Assembly: GCA_037143195.1 (NCBI GenBank)
Contig: JBAWZD010000001.1
Span: forward strand, 208,892-272,891
Origin: a bacterium
GTDB lineage: Bacteria > Patescibacteriota > Minisyncoccia > Phycocordibacterales > UBA9973
Length of the DNA: 64,000 nucleotides
Direction: 5' to 3'
Within the stretch, counting starts at the first letter, position 1; each line of letters opens with the position of its first letter. The position numbers were made by a program, and so were the translations under genes. The notes under the pieces were generated by a model. That model made no database searches and had not been told where the DNA came from. It was given only the letters and a program-made list of their open reading frames with translations. Below, in pieces: positions 9,965 to 19,611 of this stretch.

Positions 9965-9999
9965 TCGAACGTCGCAAAATCAGGTATACTGGTTTTGCT

Positions 10000-10443
10000 A
10001 TGAAAGTTATATTCATCAAAAAGGTCCCAAAAGTGGGCAATATCAATGAAATCAAGGAACAGCCTGACGGCTATGTCCGCAATTTCCTCTTGCCAAAGGG
10101 TTTCGCTATTATTGCGACTCCTGAGGCTATCAAGAAGCTCGAACGCACACAAAACGAAGTGCGTGTAGTCAAAGAAGTCCAAACTGACCTCTTCAAAAAG
10201 AATCTCCGCGCAGTCGCGGGCGTCGGAGTAACGCTCTCTGCAAAGGCAAACGAACAAGGTAGTCTTTTCAAAGCTATCCATCAGAAAGACATCGCCGAAG
10301 CGCTCAAAAAGCAACACCAAATCACCATGGCCGAAGAATTCATCCGTCTCGCCGAGCCAATCAAACACACGGGCGAATACTCCGTCTCAATCGAGGCAAT
10401 GGGTATGAAGGAATCTATCGTCGTGACTGTTTCAAAAGCATAA
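10000..10443 (+). CDS. rplI: 50S ribosomal protein L9
   Basis: MKVIFIKKVPKVGNINEIKEQPDGYVRNFLLPKG is the canonical L9 N-domain. Confidence 0.92.
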   Translation: MKVIFIKKVPKVGNINEIKEQPDGYVRNFLLPKGFAIIATPEAIKKLERTQNEVRVVKEVQTDLFKKNLRAVAGVGVTLSAKANEQGSLFKAIHQKDIAEALKKQHQITMAEEFIRLAEPIKHTGEYSVSIEAMGMKESIVVTVSKA

Positions 10444-10451
10444 CGAATACA

Positions 10452-10515
10452 AAAAAACGCCTCACTTATTTTTTTATCAGAAGTCTGATCAGAAAATAAG
10501 TGAGGCGTTTTTTGT
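10452..10515. terminator. Bidirectional rho-independent terminator between convergent rplI and rpmA
   Basis: Long hairpin aaaaaaacgcctcacttattttt ... aaaataagtgaggcgttttttg with A/T runs on both flanks. Confidence 0.7.
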
Positions 10516-10520
10516 TTGTG

Positions 10521-10793
10521 TTAGTCGACGTGAACGATTTTCTTTGTTGTCTTCGTGCCGTCGTAGTTTACTTTGCGCTTGTTTGCAAAAGAAACTGCTC
10601 CAGACTTGAGAGCAAAGAGAGTATGGTCTGTTGCAACTTTGACATTGCGTCCTGCCATAATCACTGTTCCGCGCTGACGTACAATGATGGATCCAGTCTG
10701 TGCCTTCTCTCCTGCATAGAGCTTGGTTCCGAGATATTTAGGATTTGAGTCCTTTAGGTTTCTGGCGGTTCCTCCCGCTTTACGATGTGCCAT
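10521..10793 (-). CDS. rpmA: 50S ribosomal protein L27
   Basis: MAHRKAGGTARNLKDSNPKYLGTKLYAGE...IIVRQRGT...TLFAL is the L27 signature. Confidence 0.95.
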   Translation of the reverse strand: MAHRKAGGTARNLKDSNPKYLGTKLYAGEKAQTGSIIVRQRGTVIMAGRNVKVATDHTLFALKSGAVSFANKRKVNYDGTKTTKKIVHVD

Positions 10794-10801
10794 AAATCAG
10801 T

Positions 10802-11212
10802 TTGTGCTATATAATAACAGAAATGAGTATATATGATTTTAAAACAAATATCAAGGGTTGGGTAGGGGAACGCCAAGAAAAGCTCTTATATATAGGGATT
10901 TTGGCCCTTTCGGCAGGGATCTCCTTCTACCTTGGCTATGTGGCTCGTGCTGAGACCCACAAGGAGCCATTAGTAGCTATTGAATGCCCCCTAAACGCCT
11001 ATATAAGCCCTATTTCAAGCGATATTTCATCAAGTCACGTATCTACTCAAAATGCTCAATCTGGGGCGTTTATAGCCTCAAAAAACGGTAAAAAGTACTA
11101 TCCCGCAAGCTGTGCCGGTGCAAGCAAGATTAAAGCCACAAATCGGGTTTATTTCCAAACATCCAAAGAAGCTGAATCTGCCGGATATTCGCTCGCATCA
11201 CAATGCTCATGA
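10802..11212 (+). CDS. Hypothetical membrane-anchored protein with a C-terminal degenerate Ada-like metal-binding-domain motif
   Basis: TM helix LLYIGILALSAGISFYLGYV. The C-terminus KKYYPASCAGASKIKATNRVYFQTSKEAESAGYSLASQC resembles the YH..C..I....N...F.S..EA...GY..C domain, but only 2 of the 4 Cys are present. Confidence 0.45.
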   Translation: MCYIITEMSIYDFKTNIKGWVGERQEKLLYIGILALSAGISFYLGYVARAETHKEPLVAIECPLNAYISPISSDISSSHVSTQNAQSGAFIASKNGKKYYPASCAGASKIKATNRVYFQTSKEAESAGYSLASQCS

Positions 11213-12063
11213 AAACAACAGTCATCAATATCATCACCGTCGTATTTGTTCTTGGAGCAAGTTTTTTTGTATTGCTTCATAATAGTACTGTTTTTGATAC
11301 GTATGTTCAGCCGAAGATTCATGTCGTCGCAGACAACACGCTTCCTGAACCACTTACGAAGATCGATGCACATACGCTCATACCAAAAGGTGGCGTAATA
11401 GACGCGTCTGCAATCAGTGCTTCCGGAATTATCGATGAGACAAACAATCAACGTGTGCAACAAAAAGAAAAAGCATTAACTGAAAACAAAAACCTCGATG
11501 CATCAGCTCAAGTAAAGGCCGACGATATTTTGAAAAGACAATATTTCGAGCACACATCGCCAGACGGTCGTACAGTAAGCGATCTCACAAAGGATCAAGG
11601 ATATGCATATATCAAAATTGGCGAGAATCTTGCGCTCGGGAATTTTAAAGACAACAAAGACGTACTTCAAGCATGGATGAATAGCCCCAGTCACCGCGCA
11701 AATATTCTGGATACTACATATACCGAAATCGGTGTCGGCGTGGCTCATGGTACTTATCAAGGATATGAAGTTTCAGTTTTGGTACAACACTTTGGTCGTC
11801 CACTGACCGATTGTCCGATGGTTGATGGCACATTGAAAGCTGCGGTTGATACAGGTGAAGCAAACCTTGCGAGTCTTTCGACCAAGCTCGACGGTCTCAG
11901 AAAATCGATTGACGAGGGGAGGGCTCGATTCAAAAATATGGATTCGATCGTCGCAATCTATAATCAAGGAGTTGAACAATATACGACAGAATTTGCATCC
12001 GTAGACGCACTTCGTATTAAGTACAACAATCAGGTCGCGGTCTTTAATGACTGTGTAAAGTAG
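11203..12063 (+). CDS. CAP/SCP/PR-1 (YkwD-like) domain protein with N-terminal TM and C-terminal extension
   Basis: YkwD/CAP motifs ILKRQYFEHTSPDG, GENLALG and WMNSPSHRANIL. Confidence 0.8.
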   Translation: MLMKTTVINIITVVFVLGASFFVLLHNSTVFDTYVQPKIHVVADNTLPEPLTKIDAHTLIPKGGVIDASAISASGIIDETNNQRVQQKEKALTENKNLDASAQVKADDILKRQYFEHTSPDGRTVSDLTKDQGYAYIKIGENLALGNFKDNKDVLQAWMNSPSHRANILDTTYTEIGVGVAHGTYQGYEVSVLVQHFGRPLTDCPMVDGTLKAAVDTGEANLASLSTKLDGLRKSIDEGRARFKNMDSIVAIYNQGVEQYTTEFASVDALRIKYNNQVAVFNDCVK

Positions 12064-12199
12064 CGTTTTCCCCTAGGGGAACTCCTATGCTAACGTCGCA
12101 CAATATATCTTTTGCGACGTTAACCTAGAGGGGCAGGCCGTGGTTTGTGCGTTTCGACCAAACTTAATTCATTTCAAATATCTGGTATGATGGATTTAG

Positions 12200-13441
12200 A
12201 TGTCGAGACTCAAACACTTCAGTAAAAAAACATTTAAGTCGCTCAAGATATACAATTTTCGATTGTATTTTTTTAGCCAAGCGATTTCCCTGTCTGGTAC
12301 ATGGATGCAAGTTATTGGTCAGTCGTGGCTTGTACTCAAAATCACGGGTTCAGGTACTGCACTTGGTGTTGTGACTGCCCTTCAGTTTCTGCCTGTGCTC
12401 GTTTTTGGGGCTTGGGGCGGCGTTTTGGCTGATCGGTTTAACAAACGCAAACTCTTGTACTTCACGCAAAGCATTTCGGCACTGCTTGCACTGATACTTT
12501 GGATTCTGGTTCTGACTGGAAACGCTCATTTGTGGGCTATTGAATTGCTTGCCCTTGCGCTTGGGTTTGTAAACGCAGTTGATAGTCCAACTCGTCAGGT
12601 GTTTATTTCTGAAATGGTTGGTACTGACTATTTGAACAATGCCGTGTCGGTGAACTCGCTTCAAGTGAATCTGGCTCGCGTTGTCGGTCCTGCGATTGCC
12701 GGAATCATTATCGCGACGCTTGGTATTGGCGCCTGCTTCTTTGTAAATGCGATTTCGTTTATACCTGTTGTGATAGCACTCGTTATGATGCGCGAACATG
12801 AATTGCATGTAGCCGATCGCATCAAGACTGTTCGCGGACAGGTTCGTGAAGGTCTTCGATATGTACGTGCGACACCGGCGCTGCGCGATACGCTTATCAT
12901 GATGGCGATTATCGGTACACTTGCGTACGAGTTTACGGTTGTTGTGCCACTCTTCGCACAATTTACTTTGCACGGAGATGCTGGCACGTACGCGCTCCTC
13001 AATACGGCAATCGGAATTGGATCTATGATTGGTGGATTTTACACGGCGCAATTTAAGAAAATCACTCAAAAGATGATCTATACAGCGGCATTTTTGTTCG
13101 GACTTTCAATGTTCGTTGTCGCATCGATGCCGACTCTTACGACTGCATTTTTTGCAATGATTGTTACTGGATTTTTCTCCATTAGTTTTTTGTCGCGTAG
13201 CAATTCGCTTTTACAAATAGAAAGTAGTCCAGAAATGCGCGGTCGTGTTATGGCGCTCTGGGCCGTGGCATTCCTCGGTTCAACACCAATCGGCGGACCA
13301 ATCATTGGCTGGGTCAGTCAGGTGCTCGGTCCACGATATGGTCTCGTTGTAGGAGGTGTTGCGTGTCTTTGCGCTAGTCTTTATGGATATGTGTCATTAC
13401 GAGCAAGGGCAAATCAATCGACAACTCCCCTTACACATTAA
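12200..13441 (+). CDS. MFS transporter
   Basis: 413 aa with about 12 predicted TM segments, the MFS motif GVLADRFNKRKLL, and enterobactin-exporter-like architecture. Confidence 0.85.
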   Translation: MSRLKHFSKKTFKSLKIYNFRLYFFSQAISLSGTWMQVIGQSWLVLKITGSGTALGVVTALQFLPVLVFGAWGGVLADRFNKRKLLYFTQSISALLALILWILVLTGNAHLWAIELLALALGFVNAVDSPTRQVFISEMVGTDYLNNAVSVNSLQVNLARVVGPAIAGIIIATLGIGACFFVNAISFIPVVIALVMMREHELHVADRIKTVRGQVREGLRYVRATPALRDTLIMMAIIGTLAYEFTVVVPLFAQFTLHGDAGTYALLNTAIGIGSMIGGFYTAQFKKITQKMIYTAAFLFGLSMFVVASMPTLTTAFFAMIVTGFFSISFLSRSNSLLQIESSPEMRGRVMALWAVAFLGSTPIGGPIIGWVSQVLGPRYGLVVGGVACLCASLYGYVSLRARANQSTTPLTH

Positions 13442-13986
13442 TATTTTTTGAGTTCAGCACGAAGGATTTTGTGATTTGGAATTGATTCGGTGACGAGATT
13501 CCAAAATCGTTCGGAATGATTCAATTCTTTGAGATGACACAATTCGTGCACGACAATATAGTCCTGTAATTCAGTTGGGAGAAATATAATTTTATAATTA
13601 AAATTGAGATTCTTTTTGGACGAACAACTTCCCCAGCGACTTGTTTGATTTCCGATGCTTATCGTATTGATTGGTAATTTGTAATGCATGTTCCATTTGA
13701 GTACGAGCTCATGCACGCGCGCTCTCGCGCGCTCCTTGTGTGCGACATAGTCACGTCGCGAACGTTTACCGAGTAACGGCGCAGGTTTTGCTGCGAATTC
13801 TTTGATGCGAGCTTCAATCCATGGTGAATGTTTTTCTACAAATGAATGCACAGCGAGATTTGGAATATATCGCGGTTTGGTAACAACGACAGATCCATCG
13901 TGTTTGACGTTGATACGCAGATTTCGAGCACGAACGGTCGTACGAATCGTATACCCGAATGAAAGATTTTTGTTGCCGAGTTCCAT
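13438..13986 (-). CDS. YgjP-like M48/DUF45 (SprT-like) zinc metallohydrolase
   Basis: HExxH in VVHELCHLKELNHSERFW. The size and N-terminal region are typical of the YgjP family. Confidence 0.8.
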   Translation of the reverse strand: MELGNKNLSFGYTIRTTVRARNLRINVKHDGSVVVTKPRYIPNLAVHSFVEKHSPWIEARIKEFAAKPAPLLGKRSRRDYVAHKERARARVHELVLKWNMHYKLPINTISIGNQTSRWGSCSSKKNLNFNYKIIFLPTELQDYIVVHELCHLKELNHSERFWNLVTESIPNHKILRAELKKY

Positions 13987-14140
13987 GTGCCTTTACGATA
14001 TCACACTGAAGTCAAACTCCCCTTTTTGACAGGTGCTTAAAATCGTGATATTGTGAAAAAAACGTTCATTACCAATGTTTTTATGGTTACTCGATTTTGG
14101 GAAGTTCCTCGAACGGAGCAACCATAAAAATAAATAGGCG

Positions 14141-15019
14141 ATGAAAAAGAAAACAAAAAAAATGTTGATTGTAATCTTCGTGATAATCCTTACAGGATTT
14201 ACAATGATGCTCGGCCACTGTCAGAGCTTTGAGCAAAAGGATCGGTATACCCGCCTTTGTATGCGGGATACCATTTTGAATCGCATGACGCGTGTAATAA
14301 AGCGCGCAAGAAGCGATAGCGACGAAATAAAAAAAGTAATTAGTTTTGTCGCGCGCGACGGTGTCCTTGCAACACCCACATTGGGAGGATTCAGGTTTCT
14401 ATCCTTGAAACCTGAACACAAATTTTTTGTGTTGTGTCCTGTCGATAACGACACCGATAAAAGTGTTGTTGAAAATAATTCGTGGGATCTCATACACGGC
14501 CCCACATTTTATTTTGAAATGCTCGGCTACCCTACTTTGCTCCTGCCCTCGCGTGGATTCAGCGAACCATGGAACACAGTCGCGTGTTTCCATGAGGCGT
14601 ACAAAGCGAATATCTACCTCAACATTCGCCCATATATGGGTAGTTATGTAGACAAAATCGCAAATGAGTTAGAAATCGCTCATTTTGAAACTGCATTGTT
14701 TGCAGCCACAGTATCGGGATACAAGAATGGTGTCCTCCTTGCAGTCAATGAGTCTCTCGCAGAAATGCGAAACAAGAAAACGCAATTTGCATCAACTGAT
14801 TCAATTTGTTCTGTGTTAATTAGAAACAGCGCAACTAAATTAAATGCAAAATTTGGTGCAACTGAAACCCTACAAGGAGAAACATCTTTTCGATGTGAAC
14901 GACTTAGATTGCAAATTCTTTTTGGCATTGCCAATCGTTTGTATCCGGACGATGCAGGCAAACGAGCAGAGCTCGAAAAAAAGTACGCGGAATATATTTT
15001 TCCGCGCCATAGTAAATAA
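14141..15019 (+). CDS. Hypothetical secreted/membrane-anchored protein
   Basis: N-terminal signal/TM segment MLIVIFVIILTGFTMMLGHC. No recognisable family. Confidence 0.5.
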   Translation: MKKKTKKMLIVIFVIILTGFTMMLGHCQSFEQKDRYTRLCMRDTILNRMTRVIKRARSDSDEIKKVISFVARDGVLATPTLGGFRFLSLKPEHKFFVLCPVDNDTDKSVVENNSWDLIHGPTFYFEMLGYPTLLLPSRGFSEPWNTVACFHEAYKANIYLNIRPYMGSYVDKIANELEIAHFETALFAATVSGYKNGVLLAVNESLAEMRNKKTQFASTDSICSVLIRNSATKLNAKFGATETLQGETSFRCERLRLQILFGIANRLYPDDAGKRAELEKKYAEYIFPRHSK

Positions 15020-15069
15020 AAATGCCTTGTCACACTAAGTGTCAAGGCATTTAGTGTTTTTGGTGTGTC

Positions 15070-15537
15070 TTATTGCGTAAGTTCTTCGACAATTCTTTCA
15101 AAATGTTCAGGTGCGACTGGTGTGACCGAAAGGCGTGAGCCACGTTCAAGCACGGCGAGGCCTTTCAATTTGGAGTCACGTTTCAATTCAGTGAGAGTGA
15201 TTGGTCGTTTCAATTTGCGTACAAATCCGACGTCAACACAGGCCCAGATTGGATTTGCTTCTGTTGCTTTTGGATCGTAGTGCTCATCGAGCTTGTCGAA
15301 TTGAGTCTCGTCTCTGTGCGCCTTACTTACAACTTTTGCCACACCATAAATACCGCTTGGCATCTCGGGCGTACCGTTTGAATGATAGAACAAAATCTTG
15401 TCACCAATACGCATATCATCGCGCATAAAATTGCGCGCTTGATAATTGCGGATACCTGACCACGCGGTGCGCTTGTCGCGCTTGAGATCATCAATTGAGT
15501 AGCAACCCGCTTCGGATTTTATGAGCCAATAATTCAT
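15070..15537 (-). CDS. EVE (PUA-like) domain protein
   Basis: MNYWLIKSEAGCYSIDDL...WSGIRNYQARNFMRDDMRIGDKILFYHS is the standard EVE-domain N-terminus. Confidence 0.8.
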   Translation of the reverse strand: MNYWLIKSEAGCYSIDDLKRDKRTAWSGIRNYQARNFMRDDMRIGDKILFYHSNGTPEMPSGIYGVAKVVSKAHRDETQFDKLDEHYDPKATEANPIWACVDVGFVRKLKRPITLTELKRDSKLKGLAVLERGSRLSVTPVAPEHFERIVEELTQ

Positions 15538-15612
15538 ACGTGTATCGTAGCAGGTTCTTAATTTTGCGCGAGATTGCTTTTTTATAAAAAATATGTTCTA
15601 ATATAAATCGAC

Positions 15613-16371
15613 ATGAGAACGCAAACTCCAAACAAGAAACAAGCAGCTGCAGGCTATTCTGTGAAGCCAAAAGGCAAAACGACAGTCCGTATCAACAAGC
15701 ACATGGCTGATATTGGCCTTTCTTCGCGCCGTGAGGCCGATGAAATGATCCTTGCCGGTAAAGTCTACGTCAACGGTACAAAGGCCGTTCCTGGTATGCA
15801 AATCGACCCAATCATGGACAAGGTAGAGCTTCGCGGAGCGAAGCAGTCTTACGTGTATTATGCGTACAACAAACCAATGGGTCTTGTCACGACAGGTGCT
15901 CAAGGTGACGAAGAAGATATTCTCGACAACACAAAATTCCGCACACCCGTCTTCCCTATCGGTCGTCTCGACAAAGAATCACACGGACTCATTTTGATGA
16001 CGAACGATCGTCGCATCACACACCGCTTGCTTGATCCGAAATTCGAACATGAAAAAGAATACCGCGTCACGCTTGCAAAAGGTGTGAACCAAAAATTCAT
16101 CGACAAGCTTGAACACGGAATGGTCATTGATCGTGTCCGTACAATGAGTACAGAGATCACACGTGAAAGTGACAAAACATTTCGCATTATCCTGAAAGAA
16201 GGACGCAATCGTCAGATTCGAAAAATGGTTGAAGCTGCGGGAGACCAAGTCATGGATCTCATTCGTCTTCGTATCGAGCACATCAAACTCGGAGATTTGC
16301 AAGATGGTGCGTATCGCAATCTCACAAAATCAGAAATTACGACGCTTCTTAAAAAGCTCAACCTAAAGTAA
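15613..16371 (+). CDS. rluB: rRNA pseudouridine synthase (RsuA/RluB family) with S4 domain
   Basis: S4 domain RINKHMADIGLSSRREADEMILAGKV. Catalytic region YYAYNKPMGLVTT...FPIGRLDKESHGLILMTNDRRI. Confidence 0.85.
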   Translation: MRTQTPNKKQAAAGYSVKPKGKTTVRINKHMADIGLSSRREADEMILAGKVYVNGTKAVPGMQIDPIMDKVELRGAKQSYVYYAYNKPMGLVTTGAQGDEEDILDNTKFRTPVFPIGRLDKESHGLILMTNDRRITHRLLDPKFEHEKEYRVTLAKGVNQKFIDKLEHGMVIDRVRTMSTEITRESDKTFRIILKEGRNRQIRKMVEAAGDQVMDLIRLRIEHIKLGDLQDGAYRNLTKSEITTLLKKLNLK

Positions 16372-16842
16372 TTCGGCAAGTAGATTGTCGACGTCGAGTA
16401 TTTCGGTCACCATTTCGACTTCGCCGTCGTTCTTTACTTTCCATGTACTTCGTGGACGGTCACAGTATAATTCAACACCATTTCCATCGGGGTCGTTGAG
16501 ATAAATAGCTTCAGATACACCATGATCGGCTGTGCCGGTCACTGGATATTTTTCGTCGATTAATTTTTGAACGATGCGCGCGAGTTCTTTGCGCGTTGGA
16601 TACAATATCGCCACATGATACAGGCCAGTGTGACCAGATGGAGGCGGTGTTGCACCTTTGCCTGCCCACGTATTGAGCGCAATGTGATGATGATACCCAC
16701 CTGCTGAGAGGAATACAGCAGAATCACCATAACGTGTAGTAATTTCAAAACCGAGAAGGTCGCGGTAGAAAAGAAGCGCACGATCAAGATCTGAAACTGT
16801 TAAGTGTACGTGACCAATGGTGACTTCAGGATGGATACTCAT
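16363..16842 (-). CDS. VOC-family (glyoxalase/bleomycin-resistance/extradiol-dioxygenase fold) protein
   Basis: IGHVHLTVSDLDRALLFYRDLLGFEI and the later HHHIAL are VOC motifs. Its 3' end overlaps rluB convergently by 9 bp. Confidence 0.8.
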   Translation of the reverse strand: MSIHPEVTIGHVHLTVSDLDRALLFYRDLLGFEITTRYGDSAVFLSAGGYHHHIALNTWAGKGATPPPSGHTGLYHVAILYPTRKELARIVQKLIDEKYPVTGTADHGVSEAIYLNDPDGNGVELYCDRPRSTWKVKNDGEVEMVTEILDVDNLLAELL

Positions 16843-16871
16843 ATATTTTTAGTATACAATACAGAGTACAT

Positions 16872-17855
16872 ATGACAAACAAAGAACACACACTTTCATG
16901 GCAAGCACTCGGTCGAGTCACCGTGCTCGCACTTGGTATCTTTCTCGCATGGCAAGCAATTGATGTGCTTGTCGCTATTGTTATTTCTCTTATTCTAGCG
17001 ACGGCTGTGTATCCGTACGTAAAACGACTACACAAAAAAATTCCACTCCTCCCTGCTACAATAGTTGTTTTTACAGCTCTGCTCATCCCCTTCGTATTAT
17101 TTGGTGTGTTTGTTGTTCCAAATATCGTGAGTGAAATTCCATCACTTATTGCGACATTGCACCAAGTACTCAGTCATGCGATGTTTCTTCCACCAGAACT
17201 CCGTTCATTCGATGCTGCAGCATATTTTTCACAACACTCTGGCGATCTCGTTACTTCTACGAAGACACTCGCGTCTGGTGTTGTGGCAGTCATTACTGTG
17301 TTCTTCATGGCTTTTTATCTTATTCTCGACAACGAACGTTTCCTTGGGTTTTTTCTTGATGTTTTCCCAACCAAGGATCGTGCTCGAATGCACTCAACAT
17401 TGATGGAAGTTGCACGAGTCAACGGTCAGTACATTCGCGGAAACGTTATCATTTCTATTATTTGCGCGCTCTACCTCTTTATCGTACTCGTTGCGCTCAA
17501 TGTTCCATTTGCACTGCCACTCGCTATTTTTGCAGGCATTATGGATCTCCTTCCACTCATCGGTGGCACGCTCGGTACGCTTCCTGCGCTTGTGATTGGA
17601 TATACAATTTCTCCACTTACGGGAACACTAATTCTCATTCTTCACCTCATCTACCAGCAGTTGGAAAATGTCGTCATCTCTCCTGCGATTTACAACAAAG
17701 CACTCGATATCTCACCCGCTCTTTCATTCATTTCTGTCGTCGTCGGAGGAGGATTGTTTGGTGTTATCGGAGCATTTCTTGCCCTTCCCGTTGCCGCAAG
17801 TTTGCCACCAATGGTGCGCTACTACAGCGAATATCAAAAAAACCACGCAAATTAA
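16872..17855 (+). CDS. AI-2E family (PerM/YhhT-like) membrane transporter
   Basis: 327 aa, about 8 TM segments, typical AI-2E topology and length. Confidence 0.8.
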   Translation: MTNKEHTLSWQALGRVTVLALGIFLAWQAIDVLVAIVISLILATAVYPYVKRLHKKIPLLPATIVVFTALLIPFVLFGVFVVPNIVSEIPSLIATLHQVLSHAMFLPPELRSFDAAAYFSQHSGDLVTSTKTLASGVVAVITVFFMAFYLILDNERFLGFFLDVFPTKDRARMHSTLMEVARVNGQYIRGNVIISIICALYLFIVLVALNVPFALPLAIFAGIMDLLPLIGGTLGTLPALVIGYTISPLTGTLILILHLIYQQLENVVISPAIYNKALDISPALSFISVVVGGGLFGVIGAFLALPVAASLPPMVRYYSEYQKNHAN

Positions 17856-17872
17856 TGCGTGGTTTTTTCGTT

Positions 17873-18679
17873 TTATTTCTTTGCCTCAATCATTAAGAAC
17901 AGTGGAATCTCCTTTCGTGCGGTGTCCTCAGCTTCTTGTCGTGGACCATTCTGGCTTTTCTTGTGTGAGATCCATTCTTCGAGACGGGAGACAGTGAATC
18001 CAGCTTTCTGCAGTGATTTGAAATAGTCTTGGAGCGAGCGGTGGTACGAGACAGTTGATTCGCTCTTTGGTTGACCTGGATGCATGAGAATCGGAACTGC
18101 ATTCTCCGACAAATATCCATCAATCCGACGATATTGTTTTTTGTCAGCACTTGAGAATCCCCAACTCGAACGTTTTGGGATACGGAATGCTGGATGATTC
18201 ATGACGAGTATCATGCGCCCACCTTTTGCGAGGACACGCCATGCTTCCTTGAACACTTCGCCCATGTTGCCGATATTTTGAATTGCGAGAATGATGATAA
18301 CGACATCAAACGTTTCGCCTTGTGCGAAGCCAAGTTTGTGAGCTGGTGTCACATGGAAAGGTATTTTTGGTGAACGTTTTTGTGCGACGGCGATGAGCTC
18401 TTTGCCAATATCTGCACCAGTCACGAGAGCACCTTTGTCGGCGATTTTACGAGAAAAAAAACCTTGGCCACATGCGAGATCAAGCACGCGCATACCTTTT
18501 TTGATATCGAGCAATCGAAGCAAGTTTGGGGCAATGACTTTTTCTTGATAACTATCTTTGTCAGTCTCAAGGTGATTGTCATACCAGTCGGCTACGCCTC
18601 CCCATGATGACGATTTTGGAAGTTCAGGTTTCTTTTTCGGCTCAAATTTCATACTGTATATATAACAATATTTTAACAA
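17873..18679 (-). CDS. Class I SAM-dependent methyltransferase
   Basis: Motif I VLDLACGQGFFSRKIADKGALVTGADI and motif post-I. Confidence 0.8.
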   Translation of the reverse strand: MLKYCYIYSMKFEPKKKPELPKSSSWGGVADWYDNHLETDKDSYQEKVIAPNLLRLLDIKKGMRVLDLACGQGFFSRKIADKGALVTGADIGKELIAVAQKRSPKIPFHVTPAHKLGFAQGETFDVVIIILAIQNIGNMGEVFKEAWRVLAKGGRMILVMNHPAFRIPKRSSWGFSSADKKQYRRIDGYLSENAVPILMHPGQPKSESTVSYHRSLQDYFKSLQKAGFTVSRLEEWISHKKSQNGPRQEAEDTARKEIPLFLMIEAKK

Positions 18680-18728
18680 AATGTCAAATATTTATCTCTG
18701 ATGCTTGTATATTCAATCAGAACCTTGC

Positions 18729-19568
18729 TTACGGCTTGAGATCGGGCAATTCGGTGCTGTTGTAGAAGAGTGCACCGAGTTCGCCATATGCGTACGTTTT
18801 GCCTCCAGATACAATAGTTGCTCCCCCGATTTTGGGTTGTGCGTTTGGGTGTGATGCGTTGAAGCCAAGATTGAACAGTGTCACGATTGTACCCGAGTCT
18901 TTTGAGATATCGAAGCCGGATTTCAGCCATTGTGCTTCGATTTCTTTAATAAAGAGTGCGGTATAAAGGTATTGATAGTAGTGATCTTTTGCGTCAGTCA
19001 GTCGATTGTACAGTACGGTGTTGTGATCTTGTCCATCAGGATATGCGAATAGTGCGCTCATCCCATCCCCCGCGTACGAATCTACTGTTTTCGTATTCGC
19101 ATAGAGCTCAATGTCTTTTGCCGTAGGTTCTTTGATTCCAGAGATGCCGAGAGAAAATTGCGTCATTGATCCGAGGATTTTGAGTGGCTCGAAATAGCTT
19201 TTGAATATTTCACGATTTGCGGTGAAGAATCGTGTTTGCTCGGGCACAACGACTGCGGCAATCATACGTGCTGATACGCCTGTCTCAGCGCTCACACGTT
19301 CAATAACAGCAGAATCTTTGGTGAGGCCGCCTTGGATAGCTTGCCACTCAGGGGTTTGATTCCAGTCGCATGTTGACAGTTTGTCGAGACATGGAGCGAC
19401 GGTTGTTTTGGTTGTTGGTGTGCTAAAGAACGAATTGCGACTTGCGATCGAACCGCGTACATTAAAGAGCCCAAAACGCATACCAAAAAAGACAATCGTG
19501 AACGTGAGCCCGATTACTGCAAAAATACCAACAAATATGTGGAATGTAGTGGTCAGAACTTTCTTCAT
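18729..19568 (-). CDS. Hypothetical membrane-anchored protein
   Basis: N-terminal TM IFVGIFAVIGLTFTIVFFGM. No family assigned. Confidence 0.5.
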   Translation of the reverse strand: MKKVLTTTFHIFVGIFAVIGLTFTIVFFGMRFGLFNVRGSIASRNSFFSTPTTKTTVAPCLDKLSTCDWNQTPEWQAIQGGLTKDSAVIERVSAETGVSARMIAAVVVPEQTRFFTANREIFKSYFEPLKILGSMTQFSLGISGIKEPTAKDIELYANTKTVDSYAGDGMSALFAYPDGQDHNTVLYNRLTDAKDHYYQYLYTALFIKEIEAQWLKSGFDISKDSGTIVTLFNLGFNASHPNAQPKIGGATIVSGGKTYAYGELGALFYNSTELPDLKP

Positions 19569-19611
19569 GCGTCAACAGTATACTTGCGAAATAAAATTTT
19601 GCAAAAATCTC

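Noticed and set aside
9712-10368. 218-aa ORF antisense to ctpA 3' end and rplI
   Set aside because: It overlaps two confident genes, including a ribosomal protein gene, so it is a shadow ORF.
12099-12135. 10-bp perfect hairpin taacgtcgca-N13-tgcgacgtta downstream of the CAP-domain gene
   Set aside because: It contains a palindromic GTTAAC site and has no U-tract. It could be a weak terminator or stabiliser, but the evidence is insufficient to annotate it.
12350-13069. 239-aa ORF antisense to the MFS transporter gene
   Set aside because: It is entirely embedded opposite a well-supported transporter CDS and encodes a low-complexity R/K/N-rich product.
17462-17997. Two overlapping + strand ORFs (144 and 109 aa) in alternative frames over the AI-2E transporter 3' end
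   Set aside because: They are alternative-frame artefacts, with R/C-rich translations.
19441-19460. ggttcgatc T-loop-like motif (minus strand), checked as a possible tRNA
   Set aside because: It lies inside a CDS with no acceptor or anticodon stem context. No convincing cloverleaf could be assembled by eye anywhere in the window.
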